64,000 bases of DNA, from assembly GCA_050115495.1 (NCBI GenBank), contig JASFQK010000015.1, positions 64,001 through 128,000 of the forward strand, in the 5' to 3' direction. Positions 1 through 10,245 of this stretch are shown here, piece by piece. The position numbers and the translations under genes are program-made. The notes beneath the pieces were generated by a model that did not search any database, had not been told where the DNA came from, and was given only the letters and a program-made list of their open reading frames with translations. Position 1 is the first letter of the stretch; every line of letters begins with the position of its first letter. The stretch is from Phycisphaerae bacterium (GTDB lineage: Bacteria; Planctomycetota; Phycisphaerae; UBA1845; Fen-1342).

Positions 1-929
1 CCGAAATGCCGGGCCGTCATCAGCAGCTCCAGCAGGTAGATCGGCGACGTGAACGCCAGCGTCCGCTCCAGCGACACCCCCAGCTCCACCAACGTCCTGC
101 CCAGGACTTCCGTCGAGAAGTGCACCAGCACCTGGACGATGGACATGGCTTGGTCGTGCTCGTCCGGCGTCGTTTCGAGGATGTTCAGGCCGCGGGCGTG
201 GAGCATCCGCCGCAGCCAGGCCAGCCACTCGTCCCCCCGCCCGGGCGTCAGGACGATCCGCTGCCCCTGGAGCGAGTGCACGGAAGGTCCGAAAAGCGGG
301 TGCGTACCGACAACGCTGGCCGTCGAGGCTTCCATCATCGCCCGCAGCGGCTCGGTCTTGACCGAGGTGACGTCCATCAACAGGGCGTCCGCCCGAACGA
401 GCGGCCCCAACTCCCGAACCACCTGTTCGGTCACGTCGATCGGCACGCTGATGACGACGACATCCGCCACGGCCGCGGCCTCTGCCGGCGTAAGGCGCGT
501 GTTCAGATCGGCAACCATGACCGTATGCCCGAGGTCGCTGAACATCTCGACGAGGCACCGCCCCATCGCCCCCTCCCCGCCGATGACGGCCACGGAACGT
601 GGCTCGACGTCGGCCGGCAATTCGGCCTTGAGTGATGCCTGCCGGTCGCGGCTGGCCCACAGCACCAACCGGAAGAGGCTCTCGATCAGCTCTGGCGAAA
701 GACCGAGTTGCTGCGCCCGCCGGCGACGGTCGCCGAGCAACTCCTGCTCACGCTGGTGATCGCGGATATCGAGGCGGTGCTCGCGCTTGAATTGCGCGAT
801 TTCGGCGACGATGCCATTTCGGCGGGACAGGAGCTGGAGGATCTCCCGATCCAGCGCGTCGATCATGGCCCGCAGGATCGGCAACGGGCGAACGGCGGGC
901 GTCTCGTTAGCGGGATCCATCGGGTTCAT
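1..929 (-). CDS. tyrA: Bifunctional chorismate mutase/prephenate dehydrogenase (3' end runs off the window)
   Basis: Not in the ORF track; translated by hand: MNPMDPANE...LRAMIDALDREILQLLSRRNGIVAEIAQFK (chorismate mutase), VAVIGGEGAMG (Rossmann), DVTSVK, GTHPLFGP, EHDQAMSIVQ (PDH motifs). Divergent from aroC. Confidence 0.9.
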   Translation of the reverse strand, partial: MNPMDPANETPAVRPLPILRAMIDALDREILQLLSRRNGIVAEIAQFKREHRLDIRDHQREQELLGDRRRRAQQLGLSPELIESLFRLVLWASRDRQASLKAELPADVEPRSVAVIGGEGAMGRCLVEMFSDLGHTVMVADLNTRLTPAEAAAVADVVVISVPIDVTEQVVRELGPLVRADALLMDVTSVKTEPLRAMMEASTASVVGTHPLFGPSVHSLQGQRIVLTPGRGDEWLAWLRRMLHARGLNILETTPDEHDQAMSIVQVLVHFSTEVLGRTLVELGVSLERTLAFTSPIYLLELLMTARHF

Positions 930-1092
930 GTCGCTGTAGGCCGCCGACTGCGGCTCAAAGATCGTGGCGTCCGCCTTCTCTATCGGTTGGCCGGGGGCGA
1001 CGAACGGTCCGAAAACACGGCGATTGTCGCCCAGCCGGCGTCCGGTACGATATGCGATCGACGCCATCCGTCTCACCAGCCCGGGAGCTGAC

Positions 1093-2262
1093 ATGTCCGA
1101 GTTCGACTATCGCACCGCCGGCGAATCGCACGGAAAAGCCCTCATCGTCCTGCTCGAAGGCCTGCCGGCGGATCTCGCCCTGGACACGGCCCTCATTGAC
1201 GCGGAGCTCCGCCGACGGCAAGGCGGCTACGGCCGCGGCGGACGCATGAAGATCGAGCACGACACGGCAGATGTGCTCAGCGGCGTGCGCCACGGGCGGA
1301 CGATTGGCTCGCCCATCGCGTTGCAAATCGCGAACCAGGACTGCCGAATCGAAACCGCTCCCGAAATCAACCGGCCGCGGCCGGGCCACGCCGACCTGGC
1401 CGGCAGTCTCAAGTGGCTCACAACGGACTGCCGCGGCACGCTGGAACGGGCGTCAGCTCGCGAGACAGCGGCTCGCGTGGCGGCTGGTGCGGCCGCCAGG
1501 TGCCTTCTGCGCGAGTTTGGCGTGGCCTGCGTAGGGTTCGTTGCCGAGATTGGCGGTGTGCGGGCCAGCGTGCCGGACGACATGACGCCCGAGCAGCTCG
1601 TCGCGATCCGCGACGCGAACGAGGCGTATACGCCCGATGCCCCCTGCGCCCCGCGCATGATCGAGGCGATCCGCGAGGCGAAGCGGGCGAAGGACACGAT
1701 CGGCGGCGTGATCGAGGTGCGAGCGTTCGGTCTGCCGGCAGGGCTCGGCACGTGCGCGACCGGGCGAGGTCGGCTGGACGGCCGGCTGATGGGGGCGGTC
1801 GGATCGATTCAGGCGATCAAGGGAGTGGAAATCGGGATTGGTTTCGAGGCCGCCCGCCTTCCGGGCAGCAGCGTGCACGACCCGATTCATTTCGACGCCA
1901 GCCAGCGACAATCGGCGAGCCTGGGTTTCGTCCGGCCAACGAACAACGCCGGCGGGATCGAAGGCGGCATGACCAACGGTATGCCGCTGGTTTTACGGGC
2001 GGCGATGAAGCCGATCAGCACGCTCACGCAGGGCATGGACAGCGTCAACCTGAAGACGCTCCAGGCGGAGCGCAGCGATTACGAGCGCAGCGACGTCTGT
2101 GCCGTACCGGCGGCGAGTGTCGTGGTTGAGAACATCGTCGCATTTGAGCTGGCCCGGGCGTGGCTGGAGCGGTTCGCGGGCGACACGCTGGGCCAAGTGC
2201 GGGCGGCGTACGAGCACTGGGCGGCCAGCGCCCGGGCGCTGGCCTCACCCGCCAGCAGTTGA
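1093..2262 (+). CDS. aroC: Chorismate synthase
   Basis: YRTAGESHG, RRRQGGYGRGGRM, PRPGHAD, ERASARETA, GGIEGGMTNG, ERSDVC; ATG at 1093 after GGGAG. Confidence 0.97.
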   Translation: MSEFDYRTAGESHGKALIVLLEGLPADLALDTALIDAELRRRQGGYGRGGRMKIEHDTADVLSGVRHGRTIGSPIALQIANQDCRIETAPEINRPRPGHADLAGSLKWLTTDCRGTLERASARETAARVAAGAAARCLLREFGVACVGFVAEIGGVRASVPDDMTPEQLVAIRDANEAYTPDAPCAPRMIEAIREAKRAKDTIGGVIEVRAFGLPAGLGTCATGRGRLDGRLMGAVGSIQAIKGVEIGIGFEAARLPGSSVHDPIHFDASQRQSASLGFVRPTNNAGGIEGGMTNGMPLVLRAAMKPISTLTQGMDSVNLKTLQAERSDYERSDVCAVPAASVVVENIVAFELARAWLERFAGDTLGQVRAAYEHWAASARALASPASS

Positions 2263-2350
2263 GGTTCTCCCCCCAAATGCACGGCGGGCAGCCCTCGTCA
2301 GGGCCGCCCGCCACGCTTGCAACCGTTCCCAGCGGAAGGTCGCTTCGTTC

Positions 2351-3220
2351 CTAGCGGCGACGCAGCAGCGTCAGCGCGCCGAGACCGATCAGCACGAGGC
2401 TGGCGGGCTCGGGAACGATGTTGATCGTGTAGGCATCCTGCATGCCGGCGGTGCCGTAGCTCACGCCGTTGAAGGTGCCGGGGGTGATGCCGCGGCCAGC
2501 GCCGTAGCTCAACGTGCCGCTCCACTGGATCTCTGCACAGTCACCGGCTTCGGTGATCGAGCCGCGCGGCGTGTTGGCCCAGTAGTCGCCGCTGTTGAGG
2601 TTGTGATCGAACGGGTCGTTGGCAATGCTGCCCTGGCCATGCGGGTCGTCGAAGACGAACAACGGCTGATCGTAGCTCCAGCCGATGCGGCCGATCGAGC
2701 TGTACGACAGGATGTCGCCGGCCGTACCTGCACTGTCGTACGCGGCGAAGGCCTGGCTGTCCCCGGTCACCGAGTTGCTGCCGGGGCTGTCGCTGTCGTA
2801 CTGCCACTCGTCGACCAGGACGCCGTCGGCGTCGTAGAGCTGGATCAGATCATCGGGACCGTTCTGGATCTCGTTGCTCCCCCATCCGGCGGGCGTGTAG
2901 TCGAGCGCGCCGGGGAAGGCATTCGCGGTCGTGGTATCGAACTGACCGATGACGAAGAAGCCACCGTTTCCGCCCCACTCGCTGGTGAAGTCGTTCGGAA
3001 TCGCGCCCTGCAGCGAGTACGATCCGTAGACAGAACCCACCTGATTCATGAACACGAGCGTCCAACCACTCAGGTCGGTGCCGGCTTCACCGACGAGCTC
3101 GACCCATTCGGTCGTGTCGGTGCCGGGGTTCTGGTAGTCGCACTCATTGATCGCGACCGCGGTCGCAAACGACGGCACGCACAGCGCCGCCACGGCCAGC
3201 ATGCAAACCAACTTCGACAT
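2351..3220 (-). CDS. PEP-CTERM sorting-domain surface protein (lamin-tail-like N-terminus)
   Basis: Signal peptide; INECDY..PGTD..EWVEL; C-terminal VPEPASLVLIGLGALTLLRRR. Confidence 0.9.
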   Translation of the reverse strand: MSKLVCMLAVAALCVPSFATAVAINECDYQNPGTDTTEWVELVGEAGTDLSGWTLVFMNQVGSVYGSYSLQGAIPNDFTSEWGGNGGFFVIGQFDTTTANAFPGALDYTPAGWGSNEIQNGPDDLIQLYDADGVLVDEWQYDSDSPGSNSVTGDSQAFAAYDSAGTAGDILSYSSIGRIGWSYDQPLFVFDDPHGQGSIANDPFDHNLNSGDYWANTPRGSITEAGDCAEIQWSGTLSYGAGRGITPGTFNGVSYGTAGMQDAYTINIVPEPASLVLIGLGALTLLRRR

Positions 3221-3485
3221 TCCTACTCCTCCTGTGTGTTAAGGTTTCCCTATGTGGCTAGTCCGAATCCCTGCAGCGATACTCCTCGCCAGACAGGGAT
3301 TCCTTCACATTACGCCGATTCAACTAGTAGTACGGGGAGGGGGGTGTAGCGCCATCCTCTTCCTCCATCCTCTCTCTCGTGGGACAGAATACTACGCGCC
3401 CTTCAAGGGTCAACCGGCGGCCGTATGAAAACGGTGTTAATTCGGGCGACGGTCCTGTGACGCACATTGACGGCCTGGCGGCAGG

Positions 3486-4868
3486 TCAAGTGACGTCACC
3501 GCGCGGGCCGGCCAGCTCTTCGCGGTCGGGAGCGCATTCGCGAGGCGGGCGGTCGTCTGCGGCGGCCATTCGGCGGAACAGCATAAACGACGTGCCGGCA
3601 AGAACGAGCGCGATCCCGAAAGACCAGTAGCCGAGGTAGTAGTTAGCGGTCCAGCCGGCCAGAGGCATGAGCAGTCCGCGCAGGCCGGTGAGGGCGACAT
3701 GGATGCCCATGTAGAGCTCGGTCTGGTGTTCACGGGCGAAATGGAGGTGTCCAATGTTCCAGGCGATGGCGCCGCCGCCGTTACCGGTTCCGGACAGTAT
3801 TCGTCCGATAAACAGGATAACCAGCGCCACCGGCAGCATTTCGATGCCCCACCAACCCACCACCGCCATCGACACCGTCACGCAGACGAAGGCGAGCAAC
3901 CAGCAGCCGCTGTTGTAGATCCGAAAGCGTAGCACACCCACGCGGTCGAAGAAGCGCGCCCAGAAGCGGATGGAGATCAACACCATCACGGTCGGCACTT
4001 GATAGAGCAGCAGCGTCGAATGGGAATAGCCCAAATCGAATCGGCGGGTCAGCACGTTGACCAGCACGGGGTCGGTGAAGAAGTTCGCCGAGCCGAGCAG
4101 GAACTGGGCAGACATGTACGCGGCGAAGACGCGGTCGGTGCGAAGAATGCCCGCGGCTTCCTTCAGACCGGCCCACAGGCCGCGGCCGCCGGCAGCATTC
4201 GACTCGCGTTCGGCGAGGTGCATGTGCAGGCGACGCAATTCGGCCCGCTCGCCACGCATGCGCATGCGCCGCAACGGCCACAGCGACAGCAGGCCCAGCA
4301 CGGCGACGCCCGGATACACGTAGCGATACAGGTCCGGGTTGCGGTCGAACAGGGCACTGAGCGACGCCACGGTCAGCAGCGAGAGCAGCAGACGCAATGT
4401 CTGGATGCGGCCGGCGATCTGCGCGCGGTGCGAGCCCGGGTAGTTCGCCTTCCACATCGTCGTCCGCAACGTCACCAGCCCCGAAAGGAACAGGTGCGTG
4501 AGGCCGACCTGACCCGCGAAGAGCCAGGCGCTCCAGGGCTGCCAGGCGGCCGAATTCAGGGCGATGGAAGAGAGACCCAGCAGCACGCCGCAGGCCAGGA
4601 TCGTGAACGTCCGGACACGCGGCCGGCCGCGGATGATCACGCTCCACAGGATATTGAGCAGGTTGGCGATGATGGGCGTGGCGAACACGAGCGAAGTGAG
4701 CAGTTCCGGAGCGCCGAATGTCTTGGACGCCACGACGGAAGCGAAGGGCCCCTCGATGCTACCGACCACGCACCCCCATAGTGCCATGTGGCGCAGCTCA
4801 GCCGCGAGGTTTCGGCGAGCCAGGGCCGGGACGTCGCTCGTGCGCAGAAAATCGAAGATCCGGGTCAT
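3486..4868 (-). CDS. MFS transporter
   Basis: 460 aa with about 12 hydrophobic segments in two halves and a central cytoplasmic loop. Confidence 0.8.
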   Translation of the reverse strand: MTRIFDFLRTSDVPALARRNLAAELRHMALWGCVVGSIEGPFASVVASKTFGAPELLTSLVFATPIIANLLNILWSVIIRGRPRVRTFTILACGVLLGLSSIALNSAAWQPWSAWLFAGQVGLTHLFLSGLVTLRTTMWKANYPGSHRAQIAGRIQTLRLLLSLLTVASLSALFDRNPDLYRYVYPGVAVLGLLSLWPLRRMRMRGERAELRRLHMHLAERESNAAGGRGLWAGLKEAAGILRTDRVFAAYMSAQFLLGSANFFTDPVLVNVLTRRFDLGYSHSTLLLYQVPTVMVLISIRFWARFFDRVGVLRFRIYNSGCWLLAFVCVTVSMAVVGWWGIEMLPVALVILFIGRILSGTGNGGGAIAWNIGHLHFAREHQTELYMGIHVALTGLRGLLMPLAGWTANYYLGYWSFGIALVLAGTSFMLFRRMAAADDRPPRECAPDREELAGPRGDVT

Positions 4869-4996
4869 GAAACCTACCTGGTAAGGCAGCGGATGATAGC
4901 GGCCGCCGCTGACAGGTTCGACGCCTGAGGGCGGGCAATCTCCGCGCCGCAGCCGCGCCGGCGGGGTTTTTATCGAGAGGGGCTAGCCGAATCACT

Positions 4997-5025
4997 TTGA
5001 CAGTGGGCGAGAGGCGGCGGATAAT
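4997..5025 (+). promoter_or_regulatory. Sigma70-like promoter upstream of tatA
   Basis: TTGACA-17 bp-GATAAT. Confidence 0.55.
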
Positions 5026-5156
5026 CCATGTAGAGTCGGAGACTTACTGAGGTTGCGGCGATCGCCGGCCGGGCCCCCAGGCAGGTGTGTCGCCGTGGCG
5101 TCGGGCTGCCGCGCAGGCGGCCGTAGCACGGGCAACCGGCTCTCGAAGGACTGGTT

Positions 5157-5450
5157 ATGCTGGCATTCTGGAGCGGCCTGAGTCCCTGGCACCTGTTACT
5201 CGTCGGAGCGTTAGCACTCCTTTTCTACGGGAATCGGCTGCCTGAAGTCGCGCGTTCCCTGGGCAAGGCCGTCAACGAGTTCAAGCGGGGCTTGCGCGAC
5301 GTGCAGGACGAAATCACGAACGAGCCGCCGCGTGACGAGCCCAAGCGGCTTCAGCCGCCCCTGGACGACGGCATCAAAGGTGGCGAGGTCAGTCAGGCCG
5401 CCAAGAAGGCCGAACACAGCGAGCCGGAAGAGTCCGACCGCGAGGAGTGA
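5157..5450 (+). CDS. tatA: Twin-arginine translocase TatA/E subunit
   Basis: One TM helix, then YGNRLPEVARSLGKAVNEFKRGL amphipathic helix and a charged tail. Confidence 0.9.
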   Translation: MLAFWSGLSPWHLLLVGALALLFYGNRLPEVARSLGKAVNEFKRGLRDVQDEITNEPPRDEPKRLQPPLDDGIKGGEVSQAAKKAEHSEPEESDREE

Positions 5451-5558
5451 AGCCCGCCGCCGGGCGACTTCCGCAACGAGCTCCGGTGCACGCCGGGCAC
5501 TTTGTTCCTGTAGCGATAACTGAGGCTCCGCACGAGCCGGCCCCCAGCGGGAGGGAGC

Positions 5559-7775
5559 ATGACCCGTACATGGAAGGCACTCCGTCGCCCCGACCTGCTG
5601 GCCGGGCTGGTTGTTTCTGCGCTGTTGTTGACCGCGGCTGGTGGCTGCCGGGCAACGCCCGGTACGCAACCAACGTTGCAGCCGATCACCCGCGAGATGC
5701 TCACGGGCCGACCGCCCAACTTCAGCGGCTCGTACGCCCGCGGCATGCGCTGGCTGGACGGCGAGCACTACCTCCACGCCCAGCACGGCGAGCTCAAGCG
5801 CGTCGAGGCCCTCAGCGGAAGCGACGAGGCGGCCTATGACGTCGCGGCCCTGGCGGCGGCGCTCGAGGCCCAGGGCGGTTTTGAGGAGTCCGACGCCAGG
5901 CGCTGCGCCGAGCGGCCGCTCGCCTGGACGGACGATCGTAGCGGCGTGCTCATCCAGCACGAGAGGCGTCTCTACTTCTGCCGGCTGGCCGACGGACAGG
6001 TCGTGCGGCTCACTGAAGAGGCTCGGCCGCGGCGGACGGTCGCCCTGGCGCCCGACGGCTCATCCATCAGCTTCGTTCTGGACAACGACTTGTACGCCAT
6101 CGACACGACGGACGCGAAGGAAGTCCGGCTCACGCAGGACGGCAGCGATACGCTGCTGAACGGCATTCTCGACTGGGTCTACCAGGAGGAGATCTACGGC
6201 CGCGGGGCCTGGGGCGCTCACTGGTGGCGCGACGACGGCCGCTACCTGGCGTACATCCAGCTCGATGAGTCGGCGGTGCCACTATACGCCATCGTCGACT
6301 ACATCCCGCACTTATCGGACATCGAGCGAACGCGCTACCCCAAGGCCGGCGACCCGCTGCCCGTCGCCCGGCTGGGCGTCGCCGACCCGCGCACGGGACA
6401 GACCGTGTGGATCGACCTGCCCCGCCCCGACGACACGGACCTGCTCATCACGCGTGTGGGCTGGACGCCGACGGGGCAGCTCATCTTCACGGTGCAGGAC
6501 CGCGAGCAGCGCTGGCTCGATCTGAACGAGGCCGATCCGCAGACGGGGCGAAGCCGCACGCTGATTCACGAGACGTCGCCGGCCTGGGTGGACCGCCTGC
6601 CGCTGCCGGAGTGGCTGCCGGACGGTTCGTTCCTGTGGCTGAGTGCCCGGCACGGCTATCAGCACGTTTACCACTACACGGCGGATGGGCGGCTGATCGC
6701 CCGGGTAACCGACGGCCCCTGGCCGGTGCGGAATGTGATCGGCTACGACGAAGCGACGGACTACGTATACTTCACCGGCTCGCGCGAAACCGTGCTCGAA
6801 ACGCACGCCTACCGCGTGCCGCTGGGTGGCGGCGAGATCGAGCAGCTCACCGAGCCGGGCTACAGCCACAACGTCAACTTCGATCCGACGCTGCACCTGT
6901 TCTTCGATACGTTCTCGAACGTGGCCACGCCGCCACAGGTCGTGCTGCGCAATGCCGACGGAACGCCGGTGCGGGTCATCAGTGAGAACCACGTCGAGAC
7001 CTTGGAGAAGTACTCGTGGCCGGCGGGCGAGTTGCTTCAGGTCGTCAACCGCAACGGCCGTCCGCTGAACGTCAAGATCATCCGCCCGGCGGACTTCGAC
7101 CCGAGCCGGCGCTACCCGGTGTTGATGCCCGTCTACGGCGGCCCGGACGCGCCGACCGTGCGTAATCGCTGGGGCGGCTATCACGAGCTGTTCGAGCGCT
7201 ACCTCGCCACCCAGGGCTACATGATCTGCTATTGCGACCCGTACTCGGCGACCGGCGGCGTGGCGATTGCCGCCTGGCACGCGTATCGGCGGCTGGGCGA
7301 GGTCGAGCTGGCCGACTACGAGGACGTGGTGCGCTACCTCGTCGAGCACGAGAGCGCCGATCCCGAACGCATCGGCATGACCGGGTACAGCTACGGCGGC
7401 TACATCGTCGCGTATGCCCTGACGCACAGCACGATGTTCAAGATGGGCATCGCCGGCGGGCTGCTCTCCGACTGGCGGAACTACGACGCGGTGTACGTCG
7501 AGCGGTACATGCAGACGCCCGATCACAACCCGGCCGGCTATGACAACGCCGCCGTGTCCAACGCGGCGCACAAGCTGCACGGGCATCTGCTGATCGTGCA
7601 CGGCCTCATGGACGACAACGTGCACTTCCAGAACACGGCGCAGCTCATCAACGCGTTACAGGAGCAGGTGCAGCGGTTCGACCTGATGGTGTATCCGCGC
7701 GACGGACATGGCATCGGCCACGGCCACGCGCACTTCCGCGAGCTGCAACTGCGCTACATCACTGAGAACCTGTGA
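5559..7775 (+). CDS. S9B dipeptidyl-peptidase IV-like lipoprotein
   Basis: NGILDWVYQEE, RYPKAG, catalytic GYSYGG, DDNVHFQN and DGHG; lipobox-like AGGC. Confidence 0.92.
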   Translation: MTRTWKALRRPDLLAGLVVSALLLTAAGGCRATPGTQPTLQPITREMLTGRPPNFSGSYARGMRWLDGEHYLHAQHGELKRVEALSGSDEAAYDVAALAAALEAQGGFEESDARRCAERPLAWTDDRSGVLIQHERRLYFCRLADGQVVRLTEEARPRRTVALAPDGSSISFVLDNDLYAIDTTDAKEVRLTQDGSDTLLNGILDWVYQEEIYGRGAWGAHWWRDDGRYLAYIQLDESAVPLYAIVDYIPHLSDIERTRYPKAGDPLPVARLGVADPRTGQTVWIDLPRPDDTDLLITRVGWTPTGQLIFTVQDREQRWLDLNEADPQTGRSRTLIHETSPAWVDRLPLPEWLPDGSFLWLSARHGYQHVYHYTADGRLIARVTDGPWPVRNVIGYDEATDYVYFTGSRETVLETHAYRVPLGGGEIEQLTEPGYSHNVNFDPTLHLFFDTFSNVATPPQVVLRNADGTPVRVISENHVETLEKYSWPAGELLQVVNRNGRPLNVKIIRPADFDPSRRYPVLMPVYGGPDAPTVRNRWGGYHELFERYLATQGYMICYCDPYSATGGVAIAAWHAYRRLGEVELADYEDVVRYLVEHESADPERIGMTGYSYGGYIVAYALTHSTMFKMGIAGGLLSDWRNYDAVYVERYMQTPDHNPAGYDNAAVSNAAHKLHGHLLIVHGLMDDNVHFQNTAQLINALQEQVQRFDLMVYPRDGHGIGHGHAHFRELQLRYITENL

Positions 7776-7872
7776 CCCCCCCTGCCGGTCGCGGCGACAT
7801 CGCCGATCCGCGCGCAAACGGCGCGAGATCCGACGCACGCGGCGACCGCTGCCCCCCTGCCGTCAGAGTCGG

Positions 7873-8007
7873 TCAGACCGCCGCGAGTTGGCGACCGATC
7901 CGCCGCCGGCGGCTGATGATCTTGCGCCCGAGGCGCGTCCGCATCCTCGCCCGAAAGCCGGACTTGCGCAGACGCTTGATCTTGCTGATGCGATGAGGAT
8001 AGTGCAT
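7873..8007 (-). CDS. rpmH: 50S ribosomal protein L34
   Basis: MHYPHRISKIKRLRKSGFRARMRTRLGRKIISRRRRIGRQLAAV, 44 aa. Confidence 0.92.
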   Translation of the reverse strand: MHYPHRISKIKRLRKSGFRARMRTRLGRKIISRRRRIGRQLAAV

Positions 8008-8283
8008 GGCTTCGTCTACTTCTCTGCCGGCGATCCCCGGGTCGGGCTCTGCAACGTCGGCGAGCCGCCCGGGCAGACGCCCGTTGAGTCCATCTTCGAT
8101 ACCCGGCCACCCCGCCCGACACCAGGCAGCGGCCGGCACTGATACAGAACCGTAATTATGCCACGAATCCCCGCCGGCGCCAACCAGCCGCGCTACCGGG
8201 GGTCAGCTTGCCGGGGGCAGGCGCGTTGGATAGAGTACTCCCTTTCATCCCAACACCGTTTTCCGCGTCCCCCGGAGGACCAC

Positions 8284-10245
8284 ATGGACGATAACGCGGC
8301 GATGCACAGGAAGGCCGCCGACCTTGGCAAACTCGTTGTTCGCATGACCGCCCTGGCCGGCTCCGGGCACCCTTCCAGTGCCCTCTCGCTCGCCCACGTG
8401 GTCACCGCCCTGATGTACCGGCGGATGCGGTACGATCCGGCGAACCCGTGGCATGCGACGGCCGACCGGCTGGTCCTCTCCGAAGGCCACGCCGTCCCGA
8501 TCGTTTACGCCGCTTATGCGGACCTTGGCGGGACCGTCGGCCGGGACCGGGATTCGGCCCGCGGGTTGACCGTCGCGGACGTCGATACGCTCCGGGATCG
8601 CGGCAGCGTCCTCGACGGCCACCCCAACCCCGGCGAAGGCTTCCCCTTCTTCGATGCCGCCACCGGCAGCCTGGGCCAGGGGCTCAGCGCCGCCGCCGGC
8701 CTGGCGCTCGCCGCCCGGCTCGACCGGTCCGATCGGCGTGTGTACGCCCTCGTCGGCGACGGCGAGTCGCGCGAGGGGCAGATCTGGGAGGCCGCCGACT
8801 TCATCGTCGATCACGGGCTCAAGAACGTCTGTGCCGTCTTCAACGCCAACGGGCAGGGGCAGGCGGCCAACGTCTCGCCGCAGCAATCCGCGACCAGGCT
8901 CGTCGCCAAGCTGCGAGCTTTCGGCTGGCAGGTGGTCGAGGTGGACGGGCACGATCCGGCGGCGGTCGACGCGGCCCTGGCGAAGGCCGGCAAGTCCCGC
9001 CGACCGCTGGCCATCGTCGCCCGCACGATCAAGGGCTGGGGCGTCGATCAGCTCCTCCAGGGCAACTGGCACGGCAAGCCGCTCAAGCCCGATCAACTCC
9101 CCGCCGCCGACGCGAGCCTCGATCGCGCCGTCGAACACCTGGCGGGGATTAACGACACACTGGATCGGCCACCGCTGCCGGCGAAGCCGAAACACAAGCC
9201 AGTTTCACGGCCGAATCCGCGCGAGGTGGAATGGCCGGCGTTCGCCGAAGTGATGGAATCGGGCGGTCTCAGCGGCGCCATGGCCAAGGGCAAGCTGTCC
9301 ACACGGCGGGCGTACGGGGCGACGCTCAGGGTCGCCGGCGATCTGCTACCGCAGGTGGTGGCCCTCGACGGCGACGTGAGCAACTCGACCTTCGTCAACA
9401 TCTTCGGCGCGGCGCACGCGGAGCGCTTCTTCGAGTGCAAGATCGCCGAGCAGAACATGGTTTCGGTGGCGGTCGGGCTGTCGGCGGCGGGGTTCATCTC
9501 GTTCGTGAACTCGTTCGCGAAGTTCCTGTCGCGGGCGACCGATCAGATCGAACTGGCCAACCTGTCGCGGGCCAACATCAAGATCGTCGGCTCGCACGCC
9601 GGCATCACGCCCTCGGCCGACGGGCCAAGCCAAATGGCCCTGCCCGACGTGGCGTACTTCCGGGCGTTCACCACCGTGCGCGGCGATGATCGCGTCAATC
9701 CGCTGTGCTGGTGCTTCCAGCCGGCGGACGCCGTCGCCGCCTATCACTGCACGCGGCTCATGCTCGAAAAGACCGGCATGTGCTACATGCGGACGCATCG
9801 GCCGGACGTGCCGCTGCTCTACGACGCGCAGACGAGCTTCGAGCCGGGCGGCTGCCACGTGCTGGCCACCGGCGATGATCTCACGCTCATCTCCGCCGGC
9901 TACATGGTGCACGTCGCCCGGGAAGCGGCGGCGCTGCTGGCGCGGCAGAACCTGCGGGTCACGGTGGTCGATGCGTACAGCCTGCCGCTGAACGCCGAGC
10001 GGCTGGCCGAGATCATGCAGCGTGGCGGGGGCCGGGCGCTGGTCGTCGAAGACAACTACGGCGCCGGCCTCGGAGCGGCGGTCGCCGAGGTGGCCGCAGC
10101 GCAGGGCGGCGTTCAGGTGCGCACGCTCTGTTGCGAGCGTCTGCCGAAGTCGACGCGCGACATTCCCGAGATCCTCGACTATTGCGGCGTGAGCGCCCCG
10201 CAGATTGCGGACCACGCCCTGGCCATGCTGCGGCAGCCGCAATGA
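8284..10245 (+). CDS. tkt: Transketolase (single chain)
   Basis: SGHPSS, LSEGHA, ATGSLGQG, GDGESREG TPP motif, IAEQNMV, DGPSQM; GGAGG RBS. Confidence 0.92.
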   Translation: MDDNAAMHRKAADLGKLVVRMTALAGSGHPSSALSLAHVVTALMYRRMRYDPANPWHATADRLVLSEGHAVPIVYAAYADLGGTVGRDRDSARGLTVADVDTLRDRGSVLDGHPNPGEGFPFFDAATGSLGQGLSAAAGLALAARLDRSDRRVYALVGDGESREGQIWEAADFIVDHGLKNVCAVFNANGQGQAANVSPQQSATRLVAKLRAFGWQVVEVDGHDPAAVDAALAKAGKSRRPLAIVARTIKGWGVDQLLQGNWHGKPLKPDQLPAADASLDRAVEHLAGINDTLDRPPLPAKPKHKPVSRPNPREVEWPAFAEVMESGGLSGAMAKGKLSTRRAYGATLRVAGDLLPQVVALDGDVSNSTFVNIFGAAHAERFFECKIAEQNMVSVAVGLSAAGFISFVNSFAKFLSRATDQIELANLSRANIKIVGSHAGITPSADGPSQMALPDVAYFRAFTTVRGDDRVNPLCWCFQPADAVAAYHCTRLMLEKTGMCYMRTHRPDVPLLYDAQTSFEPGGCHVLATGDDLTLISAGYMVHVAREAAALLARQNLRVTVVDAYSLPLNAERLAEIMQRGGGRALVVEDNYGAGLGAAVAEVAAAQGGVQVRTLCCERLPKSTRDIPEILDYCGVSAPQIADHALAMLRQPQ

